A stretch of DNA of 64,000 bases from the NCBI RefSeq assembly GCF_009914755.1, contig NC_060946.1; one strand, 5' to 3'. Origin of the DNA: the human T2T-CHM13v2.0 reference genome, Homo sapiens. Every line of letters starts with the position of its first letter. The first letter of the stretch is position 1. Both the position numbers and the translations under genes were made by a program. Positions 54,917-64,000 of the stretch are shown here, in pieces. The notes under the pieces are model-generated. The model did no database searches, was not told the DNA's origin, and saw nothing but the letters and a program-made list of their open reading frames with translations.

Positions 54917-55491
54917 GTGGAGTCTCTAAAGAGAGAGAAACTTACCAAATATTAATATGATGGTCAAGACATGAATTTGTATGTATAGAATGATTACAAT
55001 TATGTAGAAAAATACACCACACACTCGAGGCCTGGGGTTACTGGACACGGGTCATTTCTTCCCTGACTACATCATGGATTCCGGTCCAGAACTTCCAGAT
55101 TGTCTACAAAATGCCTATCTTCATTTTTTTCACAAAAAAAAATTTAAACAAACACAAACACCCCACCCCCCTCCTCCAGGTGCTCTTATGAAGATCAAAT
55201 GAGGTATTGATGTGACGGCTCTGGGTCTCAGTTTCCTCGTCTGTTAAATGCATATGAGAATTATCTAAGGTTCCTTCCTGCCCTTCTCTGGGGACCACAG
55301 GCCAGGAGGAGAACCTTGCATACAACCCCTCATTTTTCAGAAGAAAAAACTGAGAACTCAGGGGAAACTTCCTACCGGCTGGCGGGGCCAGCTGGGACAG
55401 AGAGATGCCCAAGGTTTGCATGTCTGAGCCCCAGAGGGGTTTCACCCACCCTCGGGGTTTTCACCTGCTGAGCTAACCCTGGCTGTAGCAA

Positions 55492-55731
55492 AAGATGGGG
55501 TGGGAGATGGGGGTGTCCAGGAGAAGATGGGGTGGGGGAGATGGGGTGGCCAGGAGAAGATGGGGTGGCCAGGAGAAGATGGGGTGGGAGATGGGGTGGC
55601 CAGGAGAAGATGGGGTGGGAGATGGGGTGTCAAGAGAAGATGGGGTGGGAGATGGGGTGGCCAGGAGAAGATGGGGTGGGAGCTGGGGTGGCCAGGAAAA
55701 GATGGGGTGGGGCAGATGGGGTGGCCAGGAG
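55492..55731. repeat. G-rich minisatellite, about 8 units of ~31 bp (12+19 bp subunits)
   Basis: AAGATGGGGTGGGAGATGGGGTGGCCAGGAG repeated with variants. Confidence 0.95.
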
Positions 55732-56084
55732 CAGCTCAGACTCCCCCAACTCCAGATGGAAGGGGAGTGGATGGCTGGGCCCATGTGGGCCTGACCCCAC
55801 CAAACCTCTCCCACACCTACTGCTTGTCACTTGACCTCACCCTGTCACCTGGCTCCCTGGGGGCAGGGGCATCTGAGATGGGTTCATGGAGCAAATAGCC
55901 AGGCAGAGACCTGGATGTGAGTGGCCACTGTCTTCCAAGCTGGGCACACAACAGGTCCTTGGGACAGGAAGCACTGAGTCCAGAGGCCTGGCAAGGGACA
56001 GGAGGGGCAGGAGAAGCAGGGGTCTACAGGTGGCTCTGGTGGCAGCTCAGGGGGAGGCAGGCAGAAAACATCTGATGCACAGAA

Positions 56085-56160
56085 CAGAACATGCCCAGGG
56101 CCCAAGAGTGGGAAAACAGCACCCAGAACTCCACCTTCTGACTCCTAGTCCAGTGCTCCC
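56085..56160 (-). ncRNA. MIR378I: Annotated mir-378i precursor within the TNFRSF13C 3'UTR
   Basis: Minus strand contains ACTGGACTAGGAGTCAGAAGG (56154-56134), a miR-378-family sequence; hairpin pairing looks poor. Confidence 0.75.
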
Positions 56161-56949
56161 TTCCAAAGATGCTAAGCTGCAACAAGTTCCAAGGAAGCTG
56201 CCCAGGGCGAAGTCCAGGTCAGGAGGTTCTGACCCTGTGCAGGAGGGCAGGTAGGAGGCGGCTGACTGAGTGCACAGTGTCGTCCAGGAGTGGAAAGAGA
56301 TGGTCTTGTCCCCAGACCCCAGAGCAAGGAACACCATTGTAAGAGGAGGGAGCAGCTTCCACTGTGACGGTGGGTGACCAGGGGGCTGGCACAGGATGGC
56401 CAAATAAGCCCAGCACTGGGGGGCCAGTGCTTCAGGGGAACAAGCCAGAGAGAGAAGGGAGTTCAAGGGACCTCATGTCCACCTGGTTCAAGGTCACACG
56501 CCTGCCCTGGCCTCTACACAAAGGAGCCTCCTGTAGGTCCCAGCCCTTCCATGTTTATGGCTAAATGTGCTGTGTCTTGGAGCAGCTGGAACCCCAGGTG
56601 GACCCTGAGAGAGCTACCTGCCAGCATGTTCCTTCAGCTCGAGTTTGGAGTCCAGCCCTGGAGGCTGCGCACCTCCTCCCAAATGCAGGCTTGTGGCTCT
56701 GGAAGCTGCCACTGGGGTCAAAATGGCATCTTAGGTTCTGGCAGATTGGGCCAATCTCAGGGTTGACCCTGGGGTACAGATACCTGAGAATCAGCAAAAT
56801 CCAGCTCAATCTTTTCTCCTTTGTTATTTCTTAAAATAATCTTGTACTAAATCCCAAAGCAAGCGAACCCATGAATTGATTATTCACTGCTGCCATTTGC
56901 ATCAGTTTAAAAGCAGGACGGCTCTGAGGGCAGGTATTAAAGAAATAGA

Positions 56950-57840
<891 letters not shown>

Positions 57841-58226
57841 CAAACAAACACAAAAAACCACCCAACTACAAATTAGGCATCCTCCCACTTGGTCTTTTTT
57901 CAGATTCATTTTGGCTTAATGGTGCCTTCCCCATTTTAAAAGCGGTCTTTTACTCATAGTGCCCCAGCCTTTTGAAGGCACAGGAACAGGAGCTGGGCTA
58001 CCACCTTCAAGGGCTGTCAAAGATGGTGAGGTCTGAAGCCAAAGGCAAGCACACCAAACTCCATGGGGGCTGAATGCTGTGGTCTGTAGTGTCTGTGCTT
58101 CTGCAGGGTTAGCCTGGTCCCAGAAAGAGGGCATGTGCATGCTGGAGTGAAGAGCTGAATTTGATTTCCAAGCCCCTGGCTGGGGGTCCAGAGGGAGGGC
58201 AGGGGCCACCTCCTGCCGGCTCCCTG

Positions 58227-58414
58227 CTATTGTTGCTCAGGGCCGGCCGTCTTGGTGGTCACCAGTTCAGTGGAGCCCAGCTCTGTGGCTGGCACAGGGA
58301 CACTGTAGCCAGGTGGGGTGGTTCCTGGGTCTTCCCCAGGAGGAGGCCAGGCAGGAGCTGTGGCATCAGAGATTCCCGGAGACAGAATGATGACCTTGTC
58401 CAGGGGCTCTGGGG
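58227..58414 (-). CDS. TNFRSF13C: BAFF receptor exon 3 coding part (TRAF3-binding PVPAT)
   Basis: PEPLDKVIILSPG…PPGYSVPVPATELGSTELVTTKTAGPEQQ*; ctgcag| acceptor. Confidence 0.97.
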
Positions 58415-58960
58415 CTGCAGGCAGAGGGGGTAGAGGCTCCGTACTCGGTCACAGCCTTCCCTCCCTCCCCTAGAAGACTCCTCTGGAGGGGCAGTCCTCC
58501 GTCAAATGAAGCCCAATGCAGGGTGGGGAGGGGTGGCACCTGGCTGACCCTGAGTCCAGAGGCCTGGCCAGTGGGGAGCTGGCAGGGCAGGGAGTTGGGG
58601 AGCTGGGGCTCACTCTGGCAAACTCTTCAGGGATTTATGGGGGAACCAAGCTCCGTTAGACTCCCAAAGGGCAGGACAGACTCCTCCCTCAGACGGGGCC
58701 CCCTTCCTGCAACCTGTCTCTTCCTCACACTGGGGTCTGTCAGGGCAGAGCTGTTCCTGGCTCCGACCAGGGTCTCAGGGGCAGGACTATGTCTCCCTCC
58801 CCAGCCTGAGCTCCTCAGCGCAAACTCTTTTCCACTCTGTCTCCGTTTCCCCTTAAAGCCCTTCTCTCCCCGTCAGGGGCCATGCATCTCCCCCTAGACC
58901 GTCCCGACACCCCAGCCCCTGCGCCCCGCTCAGACTGGTTCCCCTACACACGGAACTCAC

Positions 58961-59191
58961 CGTCCTTGTCTCCGTCGGGGGCCTCTGCGGAGGACGCGCC
59001 GCGAAGCCGCCGCTGTCGCCGCCTCCAGCTCACCAGACCCACCAGGACCAGCGCCAGGACCAGTGCCAGGCCCAGCAGCGCGGGGGCGCCAAAGAGCAGC
59101 CCGGGCAGGGGCAGCGCCGCCTCGCCGGCCCCCGCGCCCACCGACTCCTGCGGCTGCAGCGCCGTCCTGGGCGCAGGGCTGCTGGCCCCGG
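58961..59191 (-). CDS. TNFRSF13C: BAFF receptor exon 2 (stalk and TM)
   Basis: GASSPAPRTALQPQ…LLFGAPALLGLALVLALVLVGLVSWRRRQRR…GDKD; aagcag| and |gtgagt; 231 nt. Confidence 0.97.
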
Positions 59192-59497
59192 CTGCTTCGG
59201 GAGGGGACAGGGAGGGAGGCCAGGGGGCCGAGGGGAGGGAGGAGCGGGGACGGGGAGGGGCGGAGGGGGGCGAGGCTGGCCGGGGAGGGGAGGGACAGCC
59301 GGGGGGCGGTGGACAAGGGGAGGGAGAGAGGCGGCGGTGAGGGCCACGCGGTGATCGCGGGCCCCTCCAGGCCCTGCCCACAGGGTCCTTTCAGCCCTCG
59401 GCGCCCCCGGGGGTCGGGGCTCTGCCTGCGCCCTGGCGATCGGGGCCCCGTTCTCCCCGCAGCTGCCGGCGCCGCGCGCCCCGTGGGTCCCCCTTAC

Positions 59498-59633
59498 CCG
59501 GTTTCGGCCGCGGCGTGCGCAGGAGCCCGCAGGCCACGCAGTGGCGGACCAGCAGGTCGAAGCACTCGGCCCGGACGCAGGGCGTGGGGGCTGGCGCGTC
59601 CCTGCCCCGCAGGCTCCGGGGCCCTCGCCTCAT
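59498..59633 (-). CDS. TNFRSF13C: BAFF receptor exon 1 coding part (partial CRD with DxL motif)
   Basis: [45 protein letters not shown]; Kozak gcaccATGa; donor |gtaagg; total CDS 555 nt. Confidence 0.98.
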
Positions 59634-59777
59634 GGTGCCGACGCCGCCGCACAAGCTGCGGGGACTGAGGCTGAGCTGGGCTCCGGGGCCCTCGGGGAGG
59701 AAGCGGGGGGCGGGGGGAGCACTCTGCCCTGCCCCGCCCCCGCCTGCTGGGTGGGACCGAGCTCGCCTGGGGCCCCC

Positions 59778-60660
<883 letters not shown>

Positions 60661-62535
60661 TGACATCAGACACTTGTACCAGGCCCAAGTAGCATGTGGG
60701 TCTGCCCTGAGGGAATCTCACACTTGTGCTGATGGGGGAAGACAGCCTCGCAGCAAGGGCACCAGCTCATGTCATCCTGGAAGGTGGGCCGGAAGGCTTC
60801 ATGGAGAGGGCGATGGTGAAGTGTTTGCCAGATGGACTGAGGTCTAGGGAGCAGATGGGGGTGAAGGCCAAAGGGGAGCAAAGGCTTGGAGGCCCAAACA
60901 GGAAGTCCAGGGAGTGCTGGGACCGAAAGGCTGGACTGGGGCCTTATCTAGCACATTAGGGAGCTTGGACTGTGGCTGGGGGACACGAGGGAGCCACTGG
61001 GGCTTTGTGCAGGGAGGACCCAGGAAGATCTGCCTATGAGTGAGGGAACTGTGACTGCAGTGGAGGGAAGCCCGCCCACACCTGCTCCTTTTCTCCAGGG
61101 CTATGTGTCCTCTCCTGCTCACCTCTGTGTCTCACTGCGGGCCCCTCCTGTCTATCTCTGCTCCCCAGTGTTTGGGGTCCCCAACTGTCTGTCACCCGTG
61201 TCTCTCTCAGACTGCGTCTCAGAAACACACACAAGCCCCTCCGCCCTCCTGGTCACATGCTACCCCCTCCCCAGGGCCAGGGCTGGAGGGAACTCTGGGA
61301 GCTCAGGGCTCAGCAGAGAACATGGGGTTAAATGCCACACATGCCACCCAGACCCCTAAGCACTCAGGGCTGGGGAACCACAGTGAGAGGAGAAACTCAG
61401 GGGCTGGGGAGGGAGCCTGGGGGCAGAGGGAGACCCTGAGCAGCAGCGAGGGGGAGGCAAACACTCCAGGCGGAGGGCGGCAGGGGCTAAGGCTTGGAGA
61501 GATGAAAGGGGAGCCTGAGCTGCTCTGGGGGCAGGCATGGCCACTGCCACAGGGGACGCTGGGAGGGAGGAGGGAGCATCCGGGCTGCGGATGGGCAGGG
61601 CACCAGTCCCGGGGCAGTACAGAACCTGGGGGTGTCTGGGTAGGAGGGAGATTCTGAGCTGTACCTGCAAGGGTCCCTCTCTCTGGCACTGTGGCCCACG
61701 TCCAGGGCAGGTGGCCCAGGGCAGGGGATGATGCAGCGGCTGGCCATGGAGTGAGGGGAGCAAGGCCGACCCCCAGGTTTCCAGCTTGGGAGACCCTGAA
61801 GGTTCACAAAGAACCCCAGTCAGCCAGCCCTGACTGGTGGGCGCTGGCCCACCCTCTCCATCCCCTGTACATGGGCCAGCAGCTCCCAGGCAGGAAGGTG
61901 TGGGCGGAGGGGAGCTGCAAAGGAGAAGTGGGGCTGGGGGCAGGTGTGGGTGAGCGTGGGTGTATGGTGATGTGGGGGTGGGGGCAGGTGTGGGTGAGCG
62001 TGGGTGTACGGTACAGGGATGGGGGACAGGACCCTGGAGGGGAGCCAGGGCAGGGAAGGCCTCTCTGTGAGGCAGAGAGGTGGGGACAAAGCCAGAAGAC
62101 TGAGCCATAACCCTGCCACCCACATACACGTCCATCCATGTTGGTGCTGGTATTACCCATTAGTGAGGGCTGCAGAGGCCTGACTGAGTACCAGGCAGCT
62201 CATTTAGCCCTTGTGCCAGCCATGTGGGCAGACTGAGGCTTGTGGGAACCCAGGAACGGGGAACCTGTCCCTGGAGAGGGTGGCCCAGTGAGGCCAGAGT
62301 CGGGAGAATTTACAGGAGTTAGGAGGAGGGGGTCCGCCTGCCCCAGGTCTGCGTTTCACAGCAGAAGCACTGGCTGCTCTGACCCCCAGCAGAGACTCGA
62401 GGAGACTGCTCTCAAGGCCAGAGAGAGTGGGAGGGCTGGAGCCCACTGTCAGAGTTCCAGGGTCCCTTACCTTGGCCAGAGAGGGAGGCCAGCTGCTAAG
62501 AGCAGCAGACACAAATGAGACACCCACTCATGTGA

Positions 62536-63993
<1,458 letters not shown>

Positions 63994-64000
63994 ACCATGC

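Larger units (their letters stand above)
58880..59775. promoter_or_regulatory. TNFRSF13C: CpG island and GC-box promoter of TNFRSF13C
   Basis: CpG-dense; GCCCCGCCCCCGCC at about 59731; bounded by an Alu at about 59780. Confidence 0.82.

Noticed and set aside
55473-55898. Repetitive ORFs (MGWEMG…, WPPHL…)
   Set aside because: Translations of the minisatellite

Overview
Human genomic DNA from the SREBF2-SHISA8-TNFRSF13C region (22q13.2, identified by recognising the encoded proteins). The + strand carries SREBF2 from the end of exon 2 through exon 19 and its 3'UTR (1-~40090), with MIR33A in intron 16. All 18 exons seen have GT-AG boundaries and join in frame. The - strand carries the complete 4-exon SHISA8/CKAMP39 gene (397 aa) and the complete 3-exon TNFRSF13C/BAFF-R gene (184 aa). 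The long TNFRSF13C 3'UTR contains MIR378I, Alus and a G/C-skewed minisatellite. The window is very Alu-rich and has four CpG islands, one of them orphan. The best-supported notable result is the haplotype: BAFF-R carries both P21R and H159Y, and SREBP-2 carries G595A and R860S, relative to the reference proteins as I recall them. I found no wholly new gene system. The most promising unexplained structures, all hypotheses, are: a promoter-like cassette in SHISA8 intron 3 upstream of a 33-aa PDZ-ligand ORF; a SHISA8 uORF; a DICE-like CU repeat in the BAFF-R 3'UTR; an orphan CpG island next to an ETS-IRF element; a candidate SREBF2 microexon or poison exon; an intron-7 route to a soluble SREBP-2; and a young AluYg6 insertion. 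Coordinates were counted by hand and repeat boundaries are approximate.
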